Source: Candidatus Eiseniibacteriota bacterium | Lineage (GTDB): Bacteria; Eisenbacteria; RBG-16-71-46; CAIMUX01; VGJL01 | NCBI GenBank assembly: GCA_034679345.1 | Contig: JAXDAY010000030.1 | Location: 52,925-116,924, forward strand | Direction: 5' to 3' | Length of the DNA: 64,000 nt | Part shown: positions 56,295 to 64,000 of the stretch, one piece after another | Position numbering within the stretch: the first letter of the stretch is position 1 | Layout: every line of letters starts with the position of its first letter | Notes under the pieces: model-generated | What the model was told of the DNA's origin: nothing | Database searches by the model: none | The model's input: only the letters and a program-made list of their open reading frames with translations | Translations under genes and position numbers: made by a program

Positions 56295-57905
56295 ATGAGC
56301 TCGAAGCGTCTGCTCCTTGTCACCGCCGGGTGCATCCTCTTGGCAGGAATCCTGGGAAGCGCCCTGTTCCTGCGAAGCGGACACGCATCGGGGCGGACCG
56401 TCTACACGCAACTTCAGGTCCTCACCGAGGTGCTCGGGCTCGTCAGCGACAACTACGTCGAGAAGACGAATGGAGAGGATCTCATCGACGGGGCGATCCG
56501 GGGAATGCTCGAGCAGCTCGATCCCCACTCGAACTATCTCGATCCCGAGCGATTTCGCCGGATGCAAGAGCGCAACCGAGGCTCCTACTACGGGATTGGC
56601 GTCTCATTCGCCATCGTGGACGGGGACCTGACCGTGATATCTCCGATCGCCGGCACCCCGTCCGACAAGCTCGGCATCCGCCCCGGGGATGTGATCGCCA
56701 AGATCAACGGCGAGTCGGCCAAGGGCATCAAGGAGGAGGAGGTCTTCGAGAAGCTGCGCGGCGAGCGTGGCACGATCGTCCATGTCTCGATCCGCCGCCC
56801 CGGCGAGACCGATTTGCTCGAGTTCGACATCGTGCGTGACGAGATCCCGATCTATAGCGTCTCGGCGAGCTTCATGCTGCAACCCGGCGTGGGCTACGTC
56901 TACCTCAACCGCTTCTCCGCGACGACGAGCACCGAGCTGGAGGATGCGCTCCAATCGCTCGCCGATCAGGGGATGGAGAAGCTGATCCTCGATCTCCGGG
57001 GCAACGCGGGCGGTTACCTCAATCAGGCGATCGAGATCACCGACAAGTTCCTCCCGGCCGGAAAGAAGGTCGTCTACACGATGGGCCGGCTTCCGGACGC
57101 CAACGAGGAGTACTACTCGACCGGCAAGGGCCGGCACACCCAGGCGCCGATCGTGATTCTCTTGAACCACGGCAGCGCGAGCGCGTCGGAGATCGTCGCA
57201 GGCGCGCTCCAGGACTGGGACCGCGCGCTCCTGGCCGGCGAGCGAAGCTTCGGCAAGGGCCTCGTCCAGCGCCAGTATCCCCTCAAGAACGGCGGCGCCC
57301 TCCTCCTCACCGTTGCGCGCTACTACACCCCCAGCGGGAGGCTCATCCAGCGCGACTACAGCGATCGCGACCGCTATCTCGAGGAGACCGCGGAGGAGAT
57401 CGACGAGGAGGCGTCCAGCGACACGACCGCCGCGATGAACGAGGAGTTCAAGACCGCCGGCGGGAGGACGGTCTATGGAGGCGGCGGGATCCAGCCGGAT
57501 GTCAAGCTCACATCAAGGCTTCGAGCGACGCGCACGCAGGGTCAGCTCGGCAACGCCTACTTCGACTTCGCCAACGCCTACATCGGCGAGTCGAAGCCCG
57601 ACCTCGGCGACCTGGAATCGTTCCGCAGGAATTATGTCGTCGGAGACGACCTCGTTCGCCGCTTCGAGAGCTTCCTCGCCGAGAAGAAGATCTCCTACGA
57701 GCCCGACAGCCTCAGGGCCGAGATCGATCTCGTGCGCTTGGGCATCAAGCGGGAGATGGCGCGGAACGTCTGGGGCGAAGCGGGACGGTGGGCGGTGACG
57801 ATCGACTTCGATCCGCAGGTCTCCGAGGCCTTGACGCTCCTGCCGCAGGCCGAGCTCATGGCGCGCAAGGAGCCGGTCGGAGATTGGCGGACTCGCTCCC
57901 GCTGA
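56295..57905 (+). CDS. ctpA: Carboxyl-terminal processing (tail-specific) protease, S41 family
   Basis: Signal peptide; PDZ domain; S41 catalytic region GNAGGYL...GSASASEIVAGALQD; RBS AAGGGAG upstream of the ATG at 56295. The ORF-track start at 56100 is too far upstream. Confidence 0.85.
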   Translation: MSSKRLLLVTAGCILLAGILGSALFLRSGHASGRTVYTQLQVLTEVLGLVSDNYVEKTNGEDLIDGAIRGMLEQLDPHSNYLDPERFRRMQERNRGSYYGIGVSFAIVDGDLTVISPIAGTPSDKLGIRPGDVIAKINGESAKGIKEEEVFEKLRGERGTIVHVSIRRPGETDLLEFDIVRDEIPIYSVSASFMLQPGVGYVYLNRFSATTSTELEDALQSLADQGMEKLILDLRGNAGGYLNQAIEITDKFLPAGKKVVYTMGRLPDANEEYYSTGKGRHTQAPIVILLNHGSASASEIVAGALQDWDRALLAGERSFGKGLVQRQYPLKNGGALLLTVARYYTPSGRLIQRDYSDRDRYLEETAEEIDEEASSDTTAAMNEEFKTAGGRTVYGGGGIQPDVKLTSRLRATRTQGQLGNAYFDFANAYIGESKPDLGDLESFRRNYVVGDDLVRRFESFLAEKKISYEPDSLRAEIDLVRLGIKREMARNVWGEAGRWAVTIDFDPQVSEALTLLPQAELMARKEPVGDWRTRSR

Positions 57906-57938
57906 CGAACGATCGCATTCACCCGCATCCGAGAACAA

Positions 57939-57972
57939 AGCCTGGCCGGATCGTCGATGATCCGGCCAGGCT
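57939..57972. terminator. Perfect 14-bp-arm inverted repeat between convergent genes (bidirectional terminator candidate)
   Basis: AGCCTGGCCGGATC-gtcgat-GATCCGGCCAGGCT, located between the ctp stop (57905) and the stop of the minus-strand FN3 lipoprotein gene (58000). Confidence 0.5.
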
Positions 57973-57999
57973 CAGTCGTCAACGCCCGCGCGTCGCGAC

Positions 58000-60498
58000 T
58001 CAGGGACTCTGGAGGCGCGCGGAGACGATGTTCGAATCGCTCGTCAGTGGGCTTCCACCGTCGATGTCGGCGTCCGCCACCACGACCTTGTAGAAGTAGT
58101 CCTGTTCGGGATCCCCGCCCGGCAGGAAGTCGGTGTAGCTCGTCTGCTCACGTCGGTCGAAGCTGGCCACCGTCTGGGTGATGGCGCCCGGAGAGGTCCC
58201 CCGCATGAGCCTGTAGGACGCGAAATCGGCGTCCGCGTTGCGCGTCCAGCTGAGCGAGATGCTCGCCGTCGTCGTCCCCCCGAGAGAGAGCGTCACCGGA
58301 GTCGGAGCGCGGTTCGCCGTGACGATCGATCGCTCGGATGAGCCCGTAGACCCTCCGGCGTCATCCCGGACGAAGACCCGGTAGTAGTAGCGCGTATTGT
58401 CGGTGAGATCCGCGTCCCGATAGGTGAGCGTCGAGATCAGATCGATCACACGGACGAGGGTGGAGTTCTCCCCCACCGCCGGAGAGGTGTCGCGATAGAT
58501 CCGATAGTTCTCGAAATCATGGACGCTCGATGCCGTCCAGGAGAGATCGAGGGTCGGAGTCTGCGCTCCCGCGACTTCCACGGGGGCGTTCAGGGTGACT
58601 GCCGGCGGGTCGGCGTTGTCGGTCGTGACCAGGATCTCATTGCTCGGGCTGGATTGGCCTCCTCGATCCCGGACGAACAGGCGGTAGTAGTAGTCGGTGT
58701 TCTCCCGCAGCCCGCTGTCGGTCCAGCGCGTTCGCTCGGCGTCCGTGATCGTCGTCACCAGCGTGGATCCTTCTCCGACGCCGGCGTTTTCGGAGCGGTG
58801 GAGCCTGTACTCGGCGAAATCGAGATCGCTGTTCCGGGACCAGGACAGCCCGATCGTCGTTTCTCCCGCCGGATCCGGGGCGCTCAGGGTCGAGGCGTCC
58901 GGATAGAGATCCTCGATGGTGGCGCTCACCTCATTGCTCCAGGCGCCCGCCCCCAGGAGATCCACCACCTCGATCCGGTAGTAGTAGGTCTTGCCCTCCT
59001 CGAGCTCGGAGCGGTCCTCATAGGTCGTGGTCGCCGCGTTGCGGATCTCGCTCAGGTTCCGGCGGTCGGGGTCGGTGTCTACACCCGCGCGCTCGCCGCG
59101 CACCACTCGGTAGAGCGCGAAGTCCGAGTCATGGTTCCGGCTCCAATCGAGACGGACCGATTCCTCGGTGATCCCATAGGGGCTCGCCAGAACGACCGCG
59201 ATCGGAGAATCGTTCGCCTGCGGCGCGCGCGAGACCTCATTGCTGTACGACCCGAAGCCGTCCGGATCGAGCAGCTGCACGGAATAGTAGTACTGGCGTC
59301 CCGGCTCCAGATCGCTGTCGGTGTGCTCCGTTTGCGACCGCGAGGTGAACTCCCGCACGAGGACGCGATCGCTGGCGGTGTCCACTCCAGGCGCTTCGGC
59401 GCGCAGGAGCCGGTAGGATCCGAACGGAATCCCCTCCGGGGCGCGCGACCAGCGAAGCGAGATGGACTCGGGGTCCGGACTGCCCGGCTCCTCCAGCGTC
59501 ACCGCCGGCGGGACCGAGTGGATCGTCAGCCGTCGATCAGCGGCGCGCGCCGGCGCCTGGTTCCCGGCTTCGTCCTGGAAGTGGCCGACGATCTCCGCGC
59601 CGATGAACTGGACGGCCGTCTCCGCGGGATAGAGAAGCGAGTAGACGCCGTCGCCCGGTTGCGCGTCGGGCGCGACGCCGTCGTCGCGCATCGTCCAGCG
59701 CTGCCCGCCGCGCGGAATCTCGACCTGCGCAAAGCCGGCGGGTTCGCCCGAGCTCAATCGCATCTCGATCTGCTCGCCCGGTTCGCGCGTGTCGGGGCCA
59801 TCGTACTCCAGGCTCAGGATCTCCGCGCGGGTGTCGACGCGGATCGCATCCGAGACGATCGAGGAGAGGTTGCCCGCCCCGTCAGCGAAGCGCGCGTAGG
59901 CCGTTCGAACGCCGTCCCCCTCGAGCAGGATCCAGGAGACGGTTTCTCCGAAACTCAGCGTCACGGCATCGGCCAGCGCCGGGTCGTTGGAGAGCAGGAT
60001 CGCCGTCGTGCCGTTCGGCGCCTCGGCGGAGATCAGGACCGCCCGGCTGGCGGTCACTTCGCGTCCCTCGGCGATGCTGATGGCGAACAGCCCGGGCGCG
60101 GCCGCGACCTCGGAGGAGCGGTCCCCTTCAAGCCCGTTCTTCAGCACGGCGCTCACCGAGAAGAGAGTCCCCGTCCCGTTGAGAAGTCCGGAGATCCGCT
60201 TCGGGCTCGCGACCGCCGAGTCGGCGAGCGAGAACTCCTCCGCGATTCCCGAGCGGCGATAGATCCGGTAGGAACGGATCTCTGCGGGCTCCCAATCGTC
60301 GGGCAGGGCCCAGCTAAGGGTGACCGCCCGATCCTCGATCTCGGCCCTCACTTCAGTCGGCACCGGCGGACGTTCCCCGCCGGTCGCGGGGTCCCGTGGA
60401 TTGCGGGTCGGGCCGAGGTCATGATCCTTCGAGCAGCCGCCGGCCGAGAGCAGCCCGATCGCCAGCAAAACAGGGATCGTGCGTGCGAGACGCATCAC
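58000..60498 (-). CDS. Large surface lipoprotein built from about 6 tandem fibronectin-type-III-like modules
   Basis: Lipobox LLSAGGCS. Repeated about 90-100-aa modules, each with W-S-R-N-x-D-x-D-F-x-x-Y-R ... Y-Y-Y-R-(I/L/V)-x-V-x-D ... S-N-E-V, for example LSWSRNSDLDFAEYRLHR, YYYRLFVRDRGGQSSPSNEI and YYYRVFVRDDAGGSTGSSE. A 4-nt overlap with the upstream PEGA-domain gene. Confidence 0.7.
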   Translation of the reverse strand: MMRLARTIPVLLAIGLLSAGGCSKDHDLGPTRNPRDPATGGERPPVPTEVRAEIEDRAVTLSWALPDDWEPAEIRSYRIYRRSGIAEEFSLADSAVASPKRISGLLNGTGTLFSVSAVLKNGLEGDRSSEVAAAPGLFAISIAEGREVTASRAVLISAEAPNGTTAILLSNDPALADAVTLSFGETVSWILLEGDGVRTAYARFADGAGNLSSIVSDAIRVDTRAEILSLEYDGPDTREPGEQIEMRLSSGEPAGFAQVEIPRGGQRWTMRDDGVAPDAQPGDGVYSLLYPAETAVQFIGAEIVGHFQDEAGNQAPARAADRRLTIHSVPPAVTLEEPGSPDPESISLRWSRAPEGIPFGSYRLLRAEAPGVDTASDRVLVREFTSRSQTEHTDSDLEPGRQYYYSVQLLDPDGFGSYSNEVSRAPQANDSPIAVVLASPYGITEESVRLDWSRNHDSDFALYRVVRGERAGVDTDPDRRNLSEIRNAATTTYEDRSELEEGKTYYYRIEVVDLLGAGAWSNEVSATIEDLYPDASTLSAPDPAGETTIGLSWSRNSDLDFAEYRLHRSENAGVGEGSTLVTTITDAERTRWTDSGLRENTDYYYRLFVRDRGGQSSPSNEILVTTDNADPPAVTLNAPVEVAGAQTPTLDLSWTASSVHDFENYRIYRDTSPAVGENSTLVRVIDLISTLTYRDADLTDNTRYYYRVFVRDDAGGSTGSSERSIVTANRAPTPVTLSLGGTTTASISLSWTRNADADFASYRLMRGTSPGAITQTVASFDRREQTSYTDFLPGGDPEQDYFYKVVVADADIDGGSPLTSDSNIVSARLQSP

Positions 60499-61328
60499 CG
60501 CGATCCTCCCTTCGATCCTGAAAGGCTCAAGAGCAAGGCGACTCCATCGGCTCCGCGCGAGGCGATGCCGAGCCGCGGCCCTTCATCGCCCCATGGGGCG
60601 AAGTCCGCGAACGATCCCTCGGCCGGCTCCGGGAAGAAGAGCGCGGCGTCGAGGAGCGAGATGGCGTAGATCGCGCCCGTGGCCAGGAGCGCGACTTGAC
60701 GGCGGTCGTAGGCCCGGTCGGCGTCCCGCCGCTCGCGGTCCGCGCGGGCCCGGAGCGCGGGTAGCTCCTCGAGCCGATCCTCGCCGAAATAGGCGTTCCG
60801 TGCCGCTCTGTAGTCGTCGACCCGGTCCTGGTAGTCTTCCTCGGTCAGGGCGATGGCGATCCCGCCCGCGGCGGCTCCAAGCAGGAAGAGATATCCCTTG
60901 CCCCGCTCATCCGCGTAGAACTGACCCCAGCCCGGAACGAGGAGACTCCGGGCGGCCGCCTTCCAGGCCTGCTTGCGCGCGAGTTTCACGGTGAGCTCTC
61001 GGTCCTCGCCGGGGCGCAGATCGATCTCGCGGCTCCAGTCCTCGTAACCTTTCAGCTCGACTCGAACCTCGTACTTCCCCGCGATGTCGCGCTCGATCTC
61101 CCACGGAGTCGTGCCTCGCCAGCGGTGGACGCCTTCAAGAGTGACCATCGCTCCCGAGGGTTCCGACACCATCCGGAGTCGCGACTGCCGGACCGCCTCC
61201 GTGGTTTCTTCCGCGGGAGTCTGGCCGGCCGCGCCGGGGGCCAGCCCCACGACGAGAAACGCCGTGCACATGACGTACCAGGCCGACCGCCGCAGGGCCG
61301 CAGTCCCCTCGATCGATCGAGATCGCAT
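60495..61328 (-). CDS. PEGA-domain-containing secreted protein
   Basis: The likely start is the ATG at 61328 (MRSRSIEG...), 5 nt after AAGGAGGG; signal peptide; a PEGA-like beta-sandwich segment (GAMVTLEGVHRWRGTTPWEIERDIAGKYEVRVELKGYEDW); a C-terminal region with 2 predicted TM helices. Confidence 0.6.
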   Translation of the reverse strand: MRSRSIEGTAALRRSAWYVMCTAFLVVGLAPGAAGQTPAEETTEAVRQSRLRMVSEPSGAMVTLEGVHRWRGTTPWEIERDIAGKYEVRVELKGYEDWSREIDLRPGEDRELTVKLARKQAWKAAARSLLVPGWGQFYADERGKGYLFLLGAAAGGIAIALTEEDYQDRVDDYRAARNAYFGEDRLEELPALRARADRERRDADRAYDRRQVALLATGAIYAISLLDAALFFPEPAEGSFADFAPWGDEGPRLGIASRGADGVALLLSLSGSKGGSR

Positions 61329-61362
61329 GATCCCTCCTTGGATTTTCATCGAGCCTCTCTCT

Positions 61363-62079
61363 TCAGGAATCCTTCTCCTCGTCGCCGCCGCGACTCTCGC
61401 GTTCGCTTCTCTCCTGTCCGCGGTCGCTCCAGTAGTCGGAGACCGCCGGCGGGTCGCTCGCCCGCAGGACCACTCCGATCGTACGACACAGGATCGCCAG
61501 GTCGAGTCGCAGTGAGATGCGTTCGAGGTACTCCACATCGAGGCGGATCCTCTCCTCCCACGTGAGCGACTTGCGCCCGCGCACCTGGGCGAGGCCGGTC
61601 AGTCCCGGCCGCAGCCTGAGGCGCTGGCGCTGGAACGCGTCGTACTGCCGCACCTGGTAGGCCAGCGTCGGCCTCGGCCCGACGAGGCTCATCTCGCCGC
61701 GCAGGACGTTCCAGAGCTGCGGCAGCTCATCGAGGCTCGTGCCTCGCAGGAACTTGCCGACGCGGGTCACTCGCGGGTCGTCCTCCAGGACGAGGACTCC
61801 GGTTCCCATCTCCGCCGCGCCGACGACCATCGTTCTGAACTTGAGGAGCCGGAACGGACGTCCCAGGAGCCCGATCCGCTCCTGCACGAAGAACGCGCCG
61901 CCCCGCGACTCGATGATGACGGCCAGCCCCGCGACGAGCAGGACGGGAGAGAGCGCGAGAAGGCCAATCGCGGCGGCCACGCGATCGAGGATCGGCTTCA
62001 CCCGCCGCGCATAGAGCCCCTCGGCCGGCGTCTCGGGGAGGACCCCGAGGTCAAGCCGCTCGCCTGAATCGTCTCTCAC
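61363..62079 (-). CDS. Undecaprenyl-phosphate sugar phosphotransferase (PglC/WbaP-C-terminal-type initiating sugar transferase)
   Basis: Single TM (AIGLLALSPVLLVAGLAVII) followed by the conserved SRGGAFFVQERIG...PFRLLKFRTM...DELPQLWNVLRGEMSLVGPRP core. The start is taken as the GTG at 62079 (8 nt after the aminotransferase stop); a TTG at 62091 is an alternative, and the ORF-track start at 62415 overlaps the upstream gene. Confidence 0.7.
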   Translation of the reverse strand: MRDDSGERLDLGVLPETPAEGLYARRVKPILDRVAAAIGLLALSPVLLVAGLAVIIESRGGAFFVQERIGLLGRPFRLLKFRTMVVGAAEMGTGVLVLEDDPRVTRVGKFLRGTSLDELPQLWNVLRGEMSLVGPRPTLAYQVRQYDAFQRQRLRLRPGLTGLAQVRGRKSLTWEERIRLDVEYLERISLRLDLAILCRTIGVVLRASDPPAVSDYWSDRGQERSERESRGGDEEKDS

Positions 62080-62087
62080 CGTCGCCC

Positions 62088-63269
62088 TCAAGACTTTCCC
62101 TTCAGCGCGGCGCGGACCTGCGGCGCCTCGGATTGAAGGCTCCGGACGGCTTCGACCACTCGATCGACCTCCCCGTCGCGCATGTGCGAGTAGAGCGGAA
62201 GGCATAGGACCTCGGCGCAGACGCGGTCGGTGTTGGGATAGCTCCCCTCGAGCCCCGGCAGGTGACGGAACCGCGATTGCCGGTGGAGCGGCGGATAGAA
62301 GTAGATCTTCGTGCGGATCTGATCCGCCTCGAGCGCCGAGCGGAGCTCCGCGTTCGTCAACCCAAAGGCCAATGCCTCGATCCGAACCGCGAAGTAGTTG
62401 TGCGTCGACCTGCAATTCTCGGCGATCCTCTGGAATCGCACCCCCGGAACGCCGGCGAGTCCGGAACGATAGCGCCGCACGATCGCATCGCGCCGCGCGA
62501 TGTGGGTCTCGGTCTGTTCGAGGCTGAACACGCCCAGCAGCGCGTGCAGCTCGCTCTGGCGCGCGTTGAGTCCTGCGAAGAGGCAGTCATAGTCCCCCGG
62601 GTTGCCGTAGTTGCGGGCGATCCGAAGCTCCCGCGCAAGCGACGCGTCTCTCGTCGCGACGAGGCCGCCTTCGCCCGATACCGTCACCTTCGTCGGCGCG
62701 AGGCTGAAGACCTCCGCCTCGGCGAAGCTCCCGGCCATCTTGTCTCCCACCCGGGTTCCGAGAGCGTGCGCCGCGTCGCTCAGCGCCTTCAGCCCGCGGC
62801 TGGAACGGAGTTGCTCGATGCCGTCCCAGTCGGGAGCGTTCCCGAAGATGTAGACGGGGAAGATCCCGCTGACGCCCGGCGACCATCGCCGCGCCGCGTC
62901 GATCGGGTCGATGTTGAAGCTCTCAGGGTCGCAGTCGACGAGGACCGGTTCGATCCCGTTCCACAGCAGAGCGTGGAGCGTGGCGGGAAAGGTGAAGGAC
63001 GGAAGCATGACCTTACCGGAGAGACCGAGCAGCTTCGCGACGAGGATGAGCCCGGAGGTGGCGTTTCCGAGGGCGACGACCTCGGGCACTCCGAGGTAGC
63101 CGGCCGCCGTCTCCTCGAGCCGCGCGACCCATCGGTCGTTCGTGAGCTGCCTCGATTCGAAGATCTCGCTCAAGGCCGAAGCATACCGATCGTAATCGGG
63201 AAGGGTCGGTTGGCTGATCGGAAGGACGGTCTGCGGGACAGCGCCCCCGAGTATCGCGGGTCGGCTCAT
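62088..63269 (-). CDS. DegT/DnrJ/EryC1/StrS-family PLP-dependent sugar aminotransferase
   Basis: Conserved PLP-Lys region (FSLAPTKVTVSGEGG); about 393 aa from the ATG at 63269, which is preceded by GAGGAGG; the ORF-track start at 63500 overlaps the ligase gene. Confidence 0.85.
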   Translation of the reverse strand: MSRPAILGGAVPQTVLPISQPTLPDYDRYASALSEIFESRQLTNDRWVARLEETAAGYLGVPEVVALGNATSGLILVAKLLGLSGKVMLPSFTFPATLHALLWNGIEPVLVDCDPESFNIDPIDAARRWSPGVSGIFPVYIFGNAPDWDGIEQLRSSRGLKALSDAAHALGTRVGDKMAGSFAEAEVFSLAPTKVTVSGEGGLVATRDASLARELRIARNYGNPGDYDCLFAGLNARQSELHALLGVFSLEQTETHIARRDAIVRRYRSGLAGVPGVRFQRIAENCRSTHNYFAVRIEALAFGLTNAELRSALEADQIRTKIYFYPPLHRQSRFRHLPGLEGSYPNTDRVCAEVLCLPLYSHMRDGEVDRVVEAVRSLQSEAPQVRAALKGKS

Positions 63270-64000
63270 GCCGGCACCTCCTCGGCGCTCGATTCGCGCG
63301 TGAGTCTCTCCTCGATCGCCACGACTCCCGAGAGGGCGAAGAAGTAGCCGCTCAATCCGAAGTCGAACAGGCGCTGCCCGAAGAGATTCGAGACCAGCAG
63401 GCAGCCGATGACCCCCTGGTACGCGCGTCCAAGCAAGGCGGTGCGCCCGCCGCGGCGCGTGAGCCGCGCTCCCATGCGCCAAGCCGAGACGAAGATCCAT
63501 AGCAGCAGCGCGAGCCCGGGGATTCCCATTTCACCGGCGACCTGGAGGTAGAGATTGTGGACATGCTTGTAGAGCCCGGCAGACAGACGAGTCGCCGTCA
63601 TCATGTTCCCGTAGCCGACCCCGATGATCGGGTTCTCCTCGATCACGCGCAGCGACTCCTTCCAGATGGTCAGGCGTCCCCCCGAGGTCTGATCAAGCCC
63701 ATCGGTCGTGTCGTCCGCCTCAGAGGTCTCCTCCACCGTGCTCGTGACCCGCTCCTTGACGAAGCTCGGCGCCCACAGGGCCCCGCTCCCCACGACAACG
63801 ACGAACAGGAGGATGCCGAGAATGCCCGTCCGGAGGGCCTGGGGCACCGCCGCGGCGAGGAAGCCGACATAGGCTCCCCGTGAGTTCGGAAGGAACATGC
63901 CGAGGGTGGTGATCAGCCCCGAGAAGAACGTGCCGAGGCGTCCAGCGCGGCGGAACGCGCCGGCGATCGAGAGGGCGAAGACTCCGGACATCGCAAGGAA
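63266..64000 (-). CDS. O-antigen-ligase-domain (Wzy_C) membrane protein, C-terminal part; the gene continues beyond the right window edge
   Basis: Wzy_C core motif (PIIGVGYGNMMTATRLSAGLYKHVHNLYLQVAGEMGIPGLALLLWIF) flanked by TM helices; the family includes WaaL ligases, Wzy polymerases and PglL/PilO O-oligosaccharyltransferases. Confidence 0.7.
   Translation of the reverse strand, partial: FLAMSGVFALSIAGAFRRAGRLGTFFSGLITTLGMFLPNSRGAYVGFLAAAVPQALRTGILGILLFVVVVGSGALWAPSFVKERVTSTVEETSEADDTTDGLDQTSGGRLTIWKESLRVIEENPIIGVGYGNMMTATRLSAGLYKHVHNLYLQVAGEMGIPGLALLLWIFVSAWRMGARLTRRGGRTALLGRAYQGVIGCLLVSNLFGQRLFDFGLSGYFFALSGVVAIEERLTRESSAEEVPA

Noticed and set aside
54361-56298. 645-aa + strand ORF antisense to the UDP-sugar dehydrogenase and epimerase
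   Set aside because: Low-complexity translation opposite two clearly conserved nucleotide-sugar enzymes.
58519-60669. 716-aa + strand ORF antisense to the FN3-repeat lipoprotein gene
   Set aside because: Arg/Gly/Asp-rich junk. The minus strand shows periodic FN3-like modules and a lipobox.

Overview
This is a 64 kb, very GC-rich (about 68-70%), gene-dense chromosomal segment from a diderm (LPS-containing) bacterium. The LpxC-FabZ fusion, a PEP-CTERM protein and the overall gene content suggest the FCB superphylum (Gemmatimonadota-like), but I cannot confirm this. I found no transposase, integrase-at-tRNA, CRISPR array or obvious phage genes.

From 0.4 to 41.5 kb almost every gene is on the + strand. 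The first 19 kb is one continuous array with many 4-nt stop/start overlaps: purF, lolE, lolD, mcsA, mcsB, clpC, bamA, skp, lpxD, lpxC/fabZ fusion, lpxA, a Gfo/Idh/MocA oxidoreductase, lpxB, a DUF374 gene, waaA and lpxK. It is followed by nadB, a GT9 heptosyltransferase, mgtC, mutL, miaA, tRNA-Gly, der, plsY, gpsA, a MerR regulator, a PEP-CTERM protein, tRNA-Pro, surE, pcm, tRNA-Pro, apt, tRNA-Arg, uvrC, xerD, a small outer-membrane beta-barrel protein, and an SNF2 ATPase coupled to a zinc-ribbon protein.

At about 42.2 kb the coding strand flips to minus. A 28-bp dif-like XerCD site lies at 44.9 kb, so I read this as the replication terminus region. The minus-strand part carries an M16 peptidase, two thioredoxin-fold genes, holA, lptE, an NtrC-type two-component system, nucleotide-sugar genes (a TviB/TviC-like pair plus an epimerase) and a glycan locus. 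That locus runs Wzy_C ligase, DegT aminotransferase, PglC-like transferase, a PEGA-domain protein and an 832-aa lipoprotein built from tandem FN3-like modules. A tail-specific protease gene (ctp) is the only + strand gene in this part.

The most interesting leads are: (1) the candidate surface-protein glycosylation module ending in the FN3-repeat lipoprotein; (2) a Tudor-like N-terminal SNF2 ATPase coupled to an unknown zinc-ribbon protein; (3) the McsA/McsB/ClpC arginine-kinase module embedded between Lol and BamA; (4) a GnnA-like oxidoreductase inside an lpx cluster that lacks lpxH/I/G; (5) a 735-bp low-density region with a frameshifted gene remnant and an AT-rich promoter in front of an orphan PEP-CTERM gene; and (6) the dif site at the strand switch.
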